Notes: generated by a model not told the origin, from the letters alone. Numbered from the stretch's first letter, positions 18,003 to 28,054 are shown. The stretch is DNA of 64,000 bases from Patescibacteria group bacterium (GCA_038064475.1 JBBTTA010000001.1:47086-111085); one strand, 5' to 3'. Numbers and translations: made by a program.

Positions 18003-19280
18003 TTAGATTTTCAAAAGTCTTTTGAGCTTCTCTTTATTTTTGACAGGACCAATCACTGCAAAGTTCATTGTACTATTTTTTAAGAGAACCTTTGCTACTG
18101 ATTGTAATTGTTTTGCTGTCACACGACGAATCTCTTTTTGTGCTTGTTCAGGAGTTTGACGTTTAAAACGAAGTAATTCAGGAATACCGTACCAATCCGC
18201 CATTGCATCAGAGGACTCTAGACCCATCTCTATTGAACTCACTGCCATTTCTTTTGTCTTCTTGAGTTCTTTTTCTGGAATCAGAATCTCTTTCAATTTC
18301 TGGACTTCTTTAAGGATAACAGTAACGACTTCTTCAAGCCGATTATTATCGACGCCCGCTTGAATGACGAATACGCCATAGTCAGTTCTTCCCGTAGCTC
18401 TGCTGTTCGCATAGTAACAAACTCCCATTTCTTCACGGAGCTTTTGGAACAATCGAGAGCTCATACCTGATCCTAAAACGCGAGCCAATCCTCGTGCAGC
18501 AATAAACCGCGGGTCATTGGCAGAAAAACCTCTAAATGCCAACAAAAAGTGTGTTTGTTGGGTCTTTTTTGGTTTAACCACAAGTGCTGGTTTTGATTGT
18601 TGTTCTTTTACCGGAGGTTTTCGAAGAGCCTTTTCTTTTGGAAGATGCCCAAAATACTTGCGTGCGAGACGTACCACATGCGAAATGGTAATACCGCCAG
18701 CTACAACAATAAGTGTTTTTGATGCAACGTAGTGTTTTTCTCTGTATGCAACGAGATCTTGTCGTGTAAGCGTACGAATGTTTTCTTTCGTTCCCAAAAT
18801 AGTTCGCCCTGCAGGTTGGTCACCGTACATAAGTTCATCCAATGCATCTCCTACGACTGATCGAGGTTGGTCGTCATACATGTTTATCTCTTGGATAACA
18901 ACGCCACGTTCTTTTTCAAGTTCTTTTGCGGGTAAAAGTGGATTTAAAAATAAATCTGCAACGATATCGAAAATATGTTCAAAATGTTTTGTACGAGCCT
19001 TTGCCCAGTAACCTGTATATTCTTCTCCTGTAAATGCGTTATTTTGTGCTCCAATCTCTTCAAATTCGTTCGCAATGACATGGGCAGTGGAACGATTTTT
19101 TGTTCCTTTAAAGCACATATGTTCGAGAAAATGCGAAATACCGTTTACTTTTTTGTCTTCATGTCCTGAACCAGCCTCAACAAGTACTTCGACAGTTACG
19201 GTTGGGTTACCTCGCATTGGAACAACCACAACTCGTAAACCGTTCGGTAATGTTATTCTGTGGGGTTTTGGAAATGTCAT
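18003..19280 (-). CDS. M16 family zinc peptidase
   Basis: GISHFLEHMCFKGT, NAFT, SSRLFQKLRE. Confidence 0.93.
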   Translation of the reverse strand: MTFPKPHRITLPNGLRVVVVPMRGNPTVTVEVLVEAGSGHEDKKVNGISHFLEHMCFKGTKNRSTAHVIANEFEEIGAQNNAFTGEEYTGYWAKARTKHFEHIFDIVADLFLNPLLPAKELEKERGVVIQEINMYDDQPRSVVGDALDELMYGDQPAGRTILGTKENIRTLTRQDLVAYREKHYVASKTLIVVAGGITISHVVRLARKYFGHLPKEKALRKPPVKEQQSKPALVVKPKKTQQTHFLLAFRGFSANDPRFIAARGLARVLGSGMSSRLFQKLREEMGVCYYANSRATGRTDYGVFVIQAGVDNNRLEEVVTVILKEVQKLKEILIPEKELKKTKEMAVSSIEMGLESSDAMADWYGIPELLRFKRQTPEQAQKEIRRVTAKQLQSVAKVLLKNSTMNFAVIGPVKNKEKLKRLLKI

Positions 19281-19885
19281 GCGTATGCGTATTTTTTAAT
19301 AGCCTCGAAGTCCTGCTCAAGCGTTCTCATCATCGAACCGTTATAAAGGGCTGCGGCGGGGTGATACAAAGGAATAATTGTTACCTCACCCCACGAAGCT
19401 TTCGCAGTATACACTTTGCCATGCGCTTTGCTAATGGGCGCTATTTCAAAATCGAGACCAAACATGCGCATCACATAGTCCATTGAGAAACGCCCAAGTG
19501 TTGCAATTACTTTTGGCTGAATGATATCAAGTTGACGGTTGAGAAATGGTCCGTAGAGTTTTATTTCCTCGGGGGATGGATCACGGTTCTCTGGTGGACG
19601 GTCCTTCACAATATTGGTGACGTACGTGTCTTTACGTTCAAGTTCAATCGTTGCAAGAAGTTTATCGAGTACTCGCCCTGACGCTCCGCAGAACGGCCTT
19701 CCCTGTTCTGCCTCATTTTTCCCCGGTGCTTCACCTATAAACACAATTTTCGCTTCATGACTTCCCTCACCAATGACAGGAAAGTATTTCTTTGTTGTTC
19801 GGTATTCGTACAGAGGTGACTCTTTGAACGCAATGAGTTCGTCCTTAATGGCTCGCATTAATTCTGTGCGCTTCGGGTCTGTCAT
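19277..19885 (-). CDS. Uracil-DNA glycosylase, family 4 type
   Basis: GEAPG..E..QGRPF, TNIVKDRPPENRDP, YHPAAALY; the usual Fe-S cysteines are missing. Confidence 0.92.
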   Translation of the reverse strand: MTDPKRTELMRAIKDELIAFKESPLYEYRTTKKYFPVIGEGSHEAKIVFIGEAPGKNEAEQGRPFCGASGRVLDKLLATIELERKDTYVTNIVKDRPPENRDPSPEEIKLYGPFLNRQLDIIQPKVIATLGRFSMDYVMRMFGLDFEIAPISKAHGKVYTAKASWGEVTIIPLYHPAAALYNGSMMRTLEQDFEAIKKYAYA

Positions 19886-19911
19886 GGGTCTATTTTATCA
19901 TGCCTAGGTAT

Positions 19912-19945
19912 GAGAAAACGCCGCGAAATTATTCGCGGCGTTCTT
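19912..19945. terminator. Terminator of orphan cassette
   Basis: AACGCCGCGAA-ATTA-TTCGCGGCGTT with minus-strand T tract. Confidence 0.75.
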
Positions 19946-19958
19946 AGAGAAAAAATAC

Positions 19959-20306
19959 TCACCAGTCGATAATCGCTCCTCCTTCATAGCGAGGGAAGAA
20001 GGACCTGATTCGAAGCTGGAAGGCTTCCCCGCGACCTTCGATGAGGACATCCCCTGACTCACGGTAGTTTCGAGTGAAGCCCCACCAGATAAGTTCACCA
20101 TCGTATCCGAACTTGAAGTAGAGTCCCCACCAAGACCCCAGAGCATGTCCTCGGCCATCTCGGATCAAGGCGAAACGCTTACCGCCATTGAACCCGAGAC
20201 ACCAGACGTTCCGAGCCCTGCCGTCTGCAGAATACGGATTGATGCTGTGGGCGCCCACCAACTTGATGAACAACTCTGCGAGCTTCGTTCTCAGGCTCTT
20301 TTTCAT
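19959..20306 (-). CDS. Orphan hypothetical protein (115 aa, Trp/Gly-rich)
   Basis: SD AAGGAG before ATG 20306; promoter TTTACT-16-TAAGCT (20342-20369); terminator downstream. Confidence 0.7.
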   Translation of the reverse strand: MKKSLRTKLAELFIKLVGAHSINPYSADGRARNVWCLGFNGGKRFALIRDGRGHALGSWWGLYFKFGYDGELIWWGFTRNYRESGDVLIEGRGEAFQLRIRSFFPRYEGGAIIDW

Positions 20307-20370
20307 CTTCTTCTCCTTTGTTGAACTACTTCTAATGAAGGAGCTTACGCTTCTAGGACAAAAAGTAAAG

Positions 20371-21045
20371 CTACGGCTTTGGCCAGTTTTTTGCTGCTTT
20401 TGGGTACACTTTTGAAAGCGGGTGCTGTGTACATTCGTGTTTCCGTGCTGAGCAAATTTGTCGGCCATATTCGATAATGCGATATGTGAATGTAAACCAT
20501 TCTTTCTGTGGCATAAGTTCCATAAGGTCGCGTTCGATTTTTACGGGGTCTACGTTATCTGTGAGTTTAAATTTTCGGGCGAAGCGTTTTACATGCGTAT
20601 CCACAGCAATTCCTTCGACAACGCCGTACGCATTTCCCAATACAACATTTGCAGTCTTCCGTGCAACACCTGGGAGTGTGAGTATCGCTTCCATTGTGTT
20701 TGGCACCACACCACCAAAGTCATCGTGTACTTTCTTTGCCGCAGCAAGAATGTTTTTTGTTTTGTTGTTGAAAAACCCTGTTTTATAGATATCTTTCGCA
20801 AACTCTTGAGGTTTTGCTTTAAGGTAGTGTGCAAGTGTTGGATATTTCTTAAAAAGCGCTGGCGTTACGTTGTTTACCGTCTTATCCGTACATTGTGCTG
20901 AAAGAATAACAGCAACAGTAAGTTCCCAAGGATTCGAGTATGTGAGAGCACATTTTGCAACGGGAAAAAGCTTTTTCAGTACATGATCAAGTTTCTTTAC
21001 ACGCTCTTTTCTTTTCTCAAATTTTGTATCTGTTTTCTTTTTCAC
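20371..21045 (-). CDS. nth: Endonuclease III
   Basis: ILSAQCTD, LPGVARKTANVV, AVDTHV. Confidence 0.95.
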   Translation of the reverse strand: MKKKTDTKFEKRKERVKKLDHVLKKLFPVAKCALTYSNPWELTVAVILSAQCTDKTVNNVTPALFKKYPTLAHYLKAKPQEFAKDIYKTGFFNNKTKNILAAAKKVHDDFGGVVPNTMEAILTLPGVARKTANVVLGNAYGVVEGIAVDTHVKRFARKFKLTDNVDPVKIERDLMELMPQKEWFTFTYRIIEYGRQICSARKHECTQHPLSKVYPKAAKNWPKP

Positions 21046-21083
21046 TACGTCATCATACCAATTTCTTCGTATTCGATATATCG

Positions 21084-21152
21084 CTTATTCTCTAATTCGC
21101 ACGAATTAGAGAATAAGAAGAGCATGATTCTTGATTCTAGCTTCTTGATTCT
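21084..21152. repeat. 15-bp hairpin plus TGATTCT heptamer array
   Basis: CTTATTCTCTAATTC-GCAC-GAATTAGAGAATAAG, then TGATTCT TGATTCT AGCTTCT TGATTCT. Confidence 0.7.
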
Positions 21153-21813
21153 ATTTCACTTGTGGGCAACGCAACGCAACATATTCCAAAATGAGTTTGA
21201 GTGATGGTGAGCGGTCGTGAAGATATGCGCGGTAGTGTTCAAGGTCTTTGAGAAATTCCTGAATAGAGAGTGGATCTTTTGCGAATGTTTTTTGTAATAC
21301 AACCTCCAATGCATTCAAAAGCGCCAGTGCACCATCTTTATTCTTGTCTTCAACAAATGGTGTGATTTCTTTCATGCGCTCTCCAACACTCTGTGTGAGA
21401 AAGTTTTTTGCCTCTTGGATATACGGAATCATGAGAGCCCCTTCTTCTGTCTCAAATGTAGAAAGACGTGAACGTAATGTTGGCAACAGTGCGTGTCCGT
21501 GTTCTGTGAGCAAAAAGAAATGCGTGTCTGCTGTTGGTTCTTCAAACACTTTCAATAAAGCATTCTGGGCTTCATGCGTCATGTGTGAGAACTCGATAAT
21601 AAAAATTTTCTTCCCTCCCGCTACAGATTTTCGGAGCTGTCGTCCCACAAGCATGTGTGCGTCATCAACAAATACTGTTTCAACACTATGCACAAAAATA
21701 TCGGGATTGTTCTCGCGCACAATCCCCTCTTTTTCAAAAAGTGAAAACAGGAGTTCTTTCCGCGACGCTGTGTCGCCTGAAAGAATATATGCATGGTGAG
21801 AAAAAATGCTCAT
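21151..21813 (-). CDS. holB: DNA polymerase III delta-prime-like subunit (short)
   Basis: HHAYILSG, EAQNALLKVFEEP, LLPTLRSR. Confidence 0.85.
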   Translation of the reverse strand: MSIFSHHAYILSGDTASRKELLFSLFEKEGIVRENNPDIFVHSVETVFVDDAHMLVGRQLRKSVAGGKKIFIIEFSHMTHEAQNALLKVFEEPTADTHFFLLTEHGHALLPTLRSRLSTFETEEGALMIPYIQEAKNFLTQSVGERMKEITPFVEDKNKDGALALLNALEVVLQKTFAKDPLSIQEFLKDLEHYRAYLHDRSPSLKLILEYVALRCPQVK

Positions 21814-21814
21814 G

Positions 21815-22828
21815 TTATCGCTTTGCGATAATTGACTTCTTGTACGTATCAAGATGTTCAAGTGCGATACCCGTTCCCTTTGCGACACAGTAGAGTGCTT
21901 CGTTCGCAAGTTGTGCCTTCACACCTGTCGTACGGAAAATAAGTTCAGGAAAATTACGCAACTGTGACATGCCACCGGTCATGGTGATGCCGCGATCAAT
22001 AATGTCTGCAGCAAGTTCTGGCGGCGTCTCTTGAAATACATCTTTAATCGCACGAATCATTTCACGAAGTTCACGACGCATTGCTTTCACAATCTCATTT
22101 GTTTGAATTTCCATCTCGCGAGGAAGTCCAGATATCACATCGCGTCCTTTTACTTTTATTGAAAGTTCTTCTTCAACAGGGACTGCGGAGCCGATGTGAA
22201 TTTTTATTTCTTCTGCGGTGCGTTCACCAATAGAAAGGTTATAGTTTTTCTTGATGTAATCAATGATCGCTTGATCAACCTTGTTACCTGCAACCTTTAC
22301 CGACGTACACGTCACGATACCACCAAGTGAAATCACCGCGACATCCGTTGTTCCTCCTCCGATATCAACCACCATATGACCTTCTGGATCGTGAATTGGA
22401 ATTCCAGCGCCAATCGCCGCAAGAATTGGCTCTTTAATGACGTACGCCTGTTTTGCGCCAGCTTTTACAGCGGCTTCAACCACCGCACGTCGCTCAGTTG
22501 ATGTAACACCTGCAGGAACAGAAATGAGCACATCTGGTTTCCAAATATTCCATTTACCGAGTGCTTTATCGATGAAATAACGAAGCATCGCTTCCGTCAC
22601 ACGATAGTCGGCGATGACACCATCTTTAAGTGGTCGGTAGGCAATGATGTTGTCAGGAGTTTTTCCGACCATGCGTTTTGCCTCGATACCGACCGCAAGA
22701 ATTTTATTGTCTTCTTCGGACACCGTCACCACTGATGGCTCATTCAAAACAATGCCGCGGCCGGGCAAGTAGACGAGCACATTTGTCGTGCCGAGATCAA
22801 TACCGAGGTTTTTGGAGAAGAATGACAT
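21815..22828 (-). CDS. mreB: Rod-shape protein MreB/Mbl, stand-alone paralogue
   Basis: [32 protein letters not shown]. Confidence 0.95.
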   Translation of the reverse strand: MSFFSKNLGIDLGTTNVLVYLPGRGIVLNEPSVVTVSEEDNKILAVGIEAKRMVGKTPDNIIAYRPLKDGVIADYRVTEAMLRYFIDKALGKWNIWKPDVLISVPAGVTSTERRAVVEAAVKAGAKQAYVIKEPILAAIGAGIPIHDPEGHMVVDIGGGTTDVAVISLGGIVTCTSVKVAGNKVDQAIIDYIKKNYNLSIGERTAEEIKIHIGSAVPVEEELSIKVKGRDVISGLPREMEIQTNEIVKAMRRELREMIRAIKDVFQETPPELAADIIDRGITMTGGMSQLRNFPELIFRTTGVKAQLANEALYCVAKGTGIALEHLDTYKKSIIAKR

Positions 22829-22869
22829 GCGGACATATGCTACACACTTGCGGACGTTTTTACAAATGT

Positions 22870-22893
22870 GAACGCCCCGTATAGTACGGGGCG
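22870..22893 (-). terminator. Terminator-like hairpin of orphan cassette
   Basis: CGCCCCGTA-TAG-TACGGGGCG. Confidence 0.65.
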
Positions 22894-22912
22894 AGAGAGC
22901 AAAATCGGCAAT

Positions 22913-23197
22913 CTATTTCCATCCGTTGGACACATGTTTGATGTGTCCGACAAAATCAACCCCGTCGATCCTTCCTTCAACCGTAAGCGTTTCTAAAATC
23001 TCAGAACGATAGGACAAGGAGACCTTGAGATCCGGTGTGTTGATGGGTAGCCCGTGCTGAAGAAAGACCCCCTGCCAAGAAAGCTGTGGATTCTGACAGA
23101 GATCGTCAAACGCAGCACTAACTTTTTCATAAACCCTATCGTACCTACTCGGCAGAGCTGCCAGTTCGGCAAGACGAGCAACGTCGATGGATACCAT
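22913..23197 (-). CDS. Orphan protein, paralogue 1 of a three-member family (94 aa)
   Basis: SD AAGGAG; promoter TTGCTT-17-TAGTCT (23231-23259). Confidence 0.75.
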   Translation of the reverse strand: MVSIDVARLAELAALPSRYDRVYEKVSAAFDDLCQNPQLSWQGVFLQHGLPINTPDLKVSLSYRSEILETLTVEGRIDGVDFVGHIKHVSNGWK

Positions 23198-23294
23198 CTG
23201 TGTCTCCTTTTTTGAACTTGATCTTTCACAAGACTATCCTATTGAAAGATTTTAAGCAATGAAAAGGCGCCGTGGTGTAACTTCACCATGACGC

Positions 23295-23588
23295 CTATTG
23301 GGTCTCCTCGGTTGATTTCGGATGAACGATGTCCATCCTATACCCACCAAGAATGCCTTTCACTTGAACACGGGCAAGGACAGCTCGCGAGGGAAAGGTG
23401 AGCATGAAATGGAGACCAATCTCCAAATCTTTTGCGCCCAGCTTGTCCATCTCAAACTCTTCCTCAAACCATCTGAGCAAGAAGACGTTGTCCAATCGCG
23501 CATTGTCTCTTCCACAGAGAAGTGCGTCAATTACGTTTCGAACTCTCTGCTCGACTTCTTCTCGGGACAGATAGCCTAGACCAGCCAT
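23295..23588 (-). CDS. Orphan protein, paralogue 2 (97 aa)
   Basis: SD-like GAAGGTG before ATG 23588; terminator 23262-23296. Confidence 0.7.
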   Translation of the reverse strand: MAGLGYLSREEVEQRVRNVIDALLCGRDNARLDNVFLLRWFEEEFEMDKLGAKDLEIGLHFMLTFPSRAVLARVQVKGILGGYRMDIVHPKSTEETQ

Positions 23589-23607
23589 GGTGACACCTTC
23601 TTTCGTA

Positions 23608-23955
23608 TCAGCGGAACTCACCGGCTTCTTGTGGCGTTTCCGCTTGGTCCTTGAGAACATCTTCGAGAGAAGCAACCTCACGGACATAGAGCGGATGCCC
23701 GTTAAAGAGCCCCCACACCCAGATTCCAACGAGAATTGAGAGACCGCCTCGTTGTTCGTAGCGAAGTCCCACCCCAGGTCCTTCCGGAGCGAGTTCCGAA
23801 CTCAAAAATTCGATTCCATGCTTCTTTAGTGCCGTGCGGACTACAGCCTCGGTTTTGTCGGGCATCTCATGAAGTGGGCGCCTCATGGCAAGCACTTCCT
23901 TGAGAGCCGCTGAAGCCCCTCGCTCTGCTTCTTCTTTCGTCCCTTTTTTTCTCAT
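23608..23955 (-). CDS. Orphan protein, paralogue 3 (115 aa)
   Basis: SD-like AAGGGGG; promoter TTGCGA-17-TAATAT (23988-24016) overlapping the murA stop. Confidence 0.7.
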   Translation of the reverse strand: MRKKGTKEEAERGASAALKEVLAMRRPLHEMPDKTEAVVRTALKKHGIEFLSSELAPEGPGVGLRYEQRGGLSILVGIWVWGLFNGHPLYVREVASLEDVLKDQAETPQEAGEFR

Positions 23956-23990
23956 CGAACCCCCTTGTAGTTGAACTGCCCTGTGGGATA

Positions 23991-25304
23991 TTACACCTCC
24001 ACGCGCTCTATCGCAACGCCGATGTTGCGGAGTTTTTCTTCAAGATTTTCGTACCCGCGATCAATGTAGTGGATGTTGTGAATATGCGAAATGCCTTTTC
24101 CTACACACGCCGCAATAACGTATGCCAACCCTGCGCGGAGATCAGGGCTATAGAGTTCCCGTCCTGTGAGTTTTGTTGGTCCCTGAATAATTGCTTTGTG
24201 CGGATGCGCAAGCACAATCTGTGCCCCCATACGCGCGATGTCTTCGAGGTATCCCAATCGTCCTTCAAAAATAAACTCTTCGACTATTGATTCCCCTGTT
24301 GCCTGTGTTGCAAGAATTCCAAAAGGCGCCTGCATGTCTGTTGGAAAACCCGGATACTCATGTGTGCGAATTGAACATGGTTTCAGTTCAGTATTTGCCT
24401 GCGTGTTATTGCGAATATGAATTGTGTCTTTAGTCACCTCAATTGGCACACCACAATCCTCAAGCATTGCGAGGGGTAATCTCAAATCTTCAGGCGCACA
24501 GTTAGTAATCGTCAACTCATGCGCACACAACGCGCCTAGGATCGCAAAGCTCCCTGCTTCAATTCGATCAGGAATAATGCGATGTGGTTCTGTTCCAGAG
24601 TATGTAAGAGGTACTCCTCCCGTGCCTTTGATGTGAAGCGTTGGTGTACCAATGCCTTCAATATGTGCACCACTCTTTTTCAAAAATTCCGCAAGCCCAA
24701 CAATTTCAGGCTCCATCGCTGCGTTGTAGAGTGTTGAGTCGCCATGTGCGAGTACGGCCGCCATAAGAAGCGTCTCTGTTGCCGTAACACTCGGAATACG
24801 AAACAATATTTCTGCACCACGCAACCCTCCTTCGGGCGCAGTGATATGAAATTGTTCGCCGTCATCTGACACTGCAACTGTTGCTCCCATTTTCTCGTAG
24901 CCACTCAAAAAGATATCAATAGGTCGTTTTCCAATCACACAACCACCGGGTGGCGGAAATGTTACGGTTCCCGTTCGCGCAAGTATTGATCCCGTGAGGA
25001 TGATTGATGCACGAAAAAGTCCTGCTGTTTTTTTATCAATCACTGACGACGCAATATCACCTATCTGCATCCGAGCGACATCGAGATCACGCGTGACTGT
25101 TACGCCGGCGTTTTGCAGAAGTGACGTAATTTTTTCCATGTCACTTATCTTTGGCACATTTACAAATGACACATCACCTGAAAAAAGGAGCACAGACGCA
25201 AAGAGAGGCAACGCTTCATTCTTTGACCCCGATACGGAAATGAAGCCTCTGAGTTTCTTTTCCCCCGCAAGCCCTTCGATTTTGAACGCCTCAACCGATG
25301 CCAT
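23991..25304 (-). CDS. murA: UDP-N-acetylglucosamine 1-carboxyvinyltransferase
   Basis: SGSKN, PGGCVIGKRPID, SVTATE, YPGFPTDMQA, DLRAG, IDRGYE. Confidence 0.97.
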   Translation of the reverse strand: MASVEAFKIEGLAGEKKLRGFISVSGSKNEALPLFASVLLFSGDVSFVNVPKISDMEKITSLLQNAGVTVTRDLDVARMQIGDIASSVIDKKTAGLFRASIILTGSILARTGTVTFPPPGGCVIGKRPIDIFLSGYEKMGATVAVSDDGEQFHITAPEGGLRGAEILFRIPSVTATETLLMAAVLAHGDSTLYNAAMEPEIVGLAEFLKKSGAHIEGIGTPTLHIKGTGGVPLTYSGTEPHRIIPDRIEAGSFAILGALCAHELTITNCAPEDLRLPLAMLEDCGVPIEVTKDTIHIRNNTQANTELKPCSIRTHEYPGFPTDMQAPFGILATQATGESIVEEFIFEGRLGYLEDIARMGAQIVLAHPHKAIIQGPTKLTGRELYSPDLRAGLAYVIAACVGKGISHIHNIHYIDRGYENLEEKLRNIGVAIERVEV

Positions 25305-25441
25305 ATGAGCCCTAGTATACCTCACTTTTTCTTTCTAATTTATACCACTCTCAAACTGCTCCGGGCGTCACGTTTGAGAGTGATTTTTTAATGGCTGTTA
25401 TTTCCTACCATATATCACAAATTTCAAGATACACTGTACCT

Positions 25442-27343
25442 ATGCGTCTTCTGTCTGTCATGCCTCTTTCGAAAGCCTTCGGGGCCGACACTCTTTCGTA
25501 CTACACGACCAAGGATGTCGAGGTGGGAGCTATTGTCAAAATTCCCCTACGAAAAAAAACGCTCCCTGGACTTGTTATTGCCTCTGCGCCACTAAAAGAG
25601 GCAAAATCTGAAATCCGTTCCGCAGACTTTTCTGTCAAAAAAATAACAAGTGTTGTTACCGGTTCTTTTTTCTTACCTGAACTCATTGATGCCGCAAAAA
25701 ACACTGCGCACCTGCATGCAACACACACGGGAAATGTGCTTTCGGTAATCGCACCGAAAAGTATTCTTGAAAAAACTCCGACGTATGATCGTCCTAAAGC
25801 TCCCTCACGAACATCCGGAACAAAACCTTTGAAGCGAATCCTTCAAGCAGAGGCGAATGATCGCTACACACGTTACAAAAGTATGGTGCGCGAGTCTTTT
25901 GCACGAGGTCAATCCGTGTTCGTGCTCGCACCAAGCATTTTTCACGCAGAGACAGTCTTTGAGGTGCTTTCAAAAGGTATTGAGGAGCGTTCTGTCATGC
26001 TTTCAAGTACACTCACGCCAAAAACCCTTCGCGGCGCATGGGAAGAAGCCGTTACCTCAATCACCCCCGTTCTCATTGTTGCCACATATTCTTTCCTTTC
26101 TGTGCCACGTGCTGATATCGGCCTCTATATTGTTGAAAATGAGTCCTCACCGAACTACAAACTACGCGGTCGTCCACACCTCGATGTTCGTGTGCTTGTA
26201 GAGTGCATCGCCGAGAGCATGCATGCCGAGCTTGTCTATGGAGATACTTTCTTGACACTCGAAACACTTTACCGTCATGACGAGCATGAATTCGAAAGTA
26301 TTATGCACCCAAGCATGAAGAGAATGTTTCGAAGCACATGCGAAGTCATACATATGAAAAAAGGTCCTGATGACGAAGGAAAGTCGCCTGTCGTTCTTTC
26401 TGACACCGCAATTGAAGCACTCCGTGAAGCAAGTGGTCGTGGTGTACGAAGTTTTGTGTATGCTGTCCGTCGCGGTTTTGCACCGCTCACCATTTGCAAA
26501 GATTGTGGAAAAACACTTGCCTGTGATCGCTGCGACGCGCCTATGGTCTTGTATCAAAAAACAAATGAAAAAAACCATCGCTCATTCCATTGTCATCGCT
26601 GTGGCCGTATTCGTGACGCACATACGGTGTGTGACAACTGTGAAGGTTGGCGACTCGAGCCACTAGGGCTTGGTGTTGAACGTGTTGTTGAAGCACTCCG
26701 TAAAGCATTGCCCGATGTTCCCCTATTTGAAATTCATGGCGGCGTCGAGGAAATTGAAAAAGATGAAGAACACATAGCCCTTGCGTGGAAAGAGTCAAAA
26801 AACGGAATACTTATTGGAACTGAACGCGCATTACCCCATCTCGCCCGTACTGGCGCACACACGTCAGTTATTGCATCTATTGATTCCCTTTTTGCGCTCC
26901 CCGACTTTCGTATGAGTGAAAAGATATTTTCTCTGCTCTGTGATATTCGTTCACTCACCCGCACACAAACCCTCATCCAAACACGTTCTCCTGATGCACC
27001 TGTGCTCGCACATGTTGTGAGCGGCGATGGTTTGGCGTTTTATCGCAATGAATTAGAGCTTCGACAGACACACGGCTATCCGCCATACACTGCCGCAGTA
27101 AAAATCACCCGTATAGGAGCGCGTGATGCGATCACAAATGAGCTTGAGACTCTGGCAAAAGAATTCGCTCCGCGAAACACGGCGGTCTATCCCGCATTTA
27201 TTGGTTCAGTTAAAAACCAAGCGTCGGTGAACTTACTCATTACGATTCCCTATGGACGCTGGCCTGACCGAGATTTGTTGCTAAAGCTACTTACACTCTC
27301 GCCTGCCTACGACGTTGATGTTAATCCTCGAAGTTTCTTATAG
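25442..27343 (+). CDS. priA: Primosomal protein N' (PriA) with degenerate helicase motifs
   Basis: N-terminal 3'-binding domain, RRGFAP, four CxxC pairs, GLGVERV, YPPY; start ATG 25442. Confidence 0.85.
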   Translation: MRLLSVMPLSKAFGADTLSYYTTKDVEVGAIVKIPLRKKTLPGLVIASAPLKEAKSEIRSADFSVKKITSVVTGSFFLPELIDAAKNTAHLHATHTGNVLSVIAPKSILEKTPTYDRPKAPSRTSGTKPLKRILQAEANDRYTRYKSMVRESFARGQSVFVLAPSIFHAETVFEVLSKGIEERSVMLSSTLTPKTLRGAWEEAVTSITPVLIVATYSFLSVPRADIGLYIVENESSPNYKLRGRPHLDVRVLVECIAESMHAELVYGDTFLTLETLYRHDEHEFESIMHPSMKRMFRSTCEVIHMKKGPDDEGKSPVVLSDTAIEALREASGRGVRSFVYAVRRGFAPLTICKDCGKTLACDRCDAPMVLYQKTNEKNHRSFHCHRCGRIRDAHTVCDNCEGWRLEPLGLGVERVVEALRKALPDVPLFEIHGGVEEIEKDEEHIALAWKESKNGILIGTERALPHLARTGAHTSVIASIDSLFALPDFRMSEKIFSLLCDIRSLTRTQTLIQTRSPDAPVLAHVVSGDGLAFYRNELELRQTHGYPPYTAAVKITRIGARDAITNELETLAKEFAPRNTAVYPAFIGSVKNQASVNLLITIPYGRWPDRDLLLKLLTLSPAYDVDVNPRSFL

Positions 27344-27360
27344 TGTGATAAAATCCCGCC

Positions 27361-27939
27361 ATGACTAAATTGGTAATTTTTGATATTGAGACACGAAACA
27401 TATTTGAGGACGTAGGAAAAAACGATCCTGCGCTTCTTGATATTTCTATTGTGGGTGCCTACGACTCTGAAACAGACACGTACAAAAGTTACTCTGTTGA
27501 AGAACTTCCACAATTGTGGCCACTTCTTGAAAAAGCAGACGCCCTTGTTGGATTCAATTCAGATCACTTCGATATTCCCCTTTTGAATAAATATTATCCG
27601 GGCAATCTCCTTTCAATCAAAAGTATCGACATCATGGTCGCCGTCAAAAACGCTCTCGGCCGACGACTCTCCCTTGGCAACATTATTTCCGCAACGCTTG
27701 GACTCGCAAAAAGCGCTGATGGTCTTCAAGCATACCAGTGGTGGAAAGAAGGAAAAATTCAAGAGATTCGCGATTACTGTCTTCAAGACGTAAAAGTGAC
27801 CAAAGATCTTTTTGAATATATTCAGAAAAACAAAAAGATTAAATACCGCGACGGTGTCGATATCAAAGAGCTCAAATTAGAAATTGGGGATTGGGAAATC
27901 ACCAACAAACCTTCGCTAACTCACACATTACCGTTCTAA
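27361..27939 (+). CDS. RNase H-like (DEDD, YprB-type) 3'-5' exonuclease
   Basis: FDIET, GFN..FD, YCLQDV. Confidence 0.85.
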   Translation: MTKLVIFDIETRNIFEDVGKNDPALLDISIVGAYDSETDTYKSYSVEELPQLWPLLEKADALVGFNSDHFDIPLLNKYYPGNLLSIKSIDIMVAVKNALGRRLSLGNIISATLGLAKSADGLQAYQWWKEGKIQEIRDYCLQDVKVTKDLFEYIQKNKKIKYRDGVDIKELKLEIGDWEITNKPSLTHTLPF

Positions 27940-28025
27940 TTCTTTTTTAAAAACCACACAAAAACACTACTGTGTTTTTGTTCCGTCCGTCATCGTTACT
28001 CCTCCCGAGGGTTTTTAAAAAAGAA
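27940..28025. repeat. 86-bp structured repeat with terminal inverted repeats, copy 1
   Basis: 18-bp perfect IR (27938-27955/28010-28027); reverse complement aligns ungapped to 45392-45477. Confidence 0.9.
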
Positions 28026-28054
28026 TTTTCACTTCCCCGCCAATTCAAATACAA

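Noticed and set aside
25346-25382. 11-bp inverted repeat between divergent murA and priA
   Set aside because: Single copy with no further evidence; may be an operator or terminator but cannot be assigned
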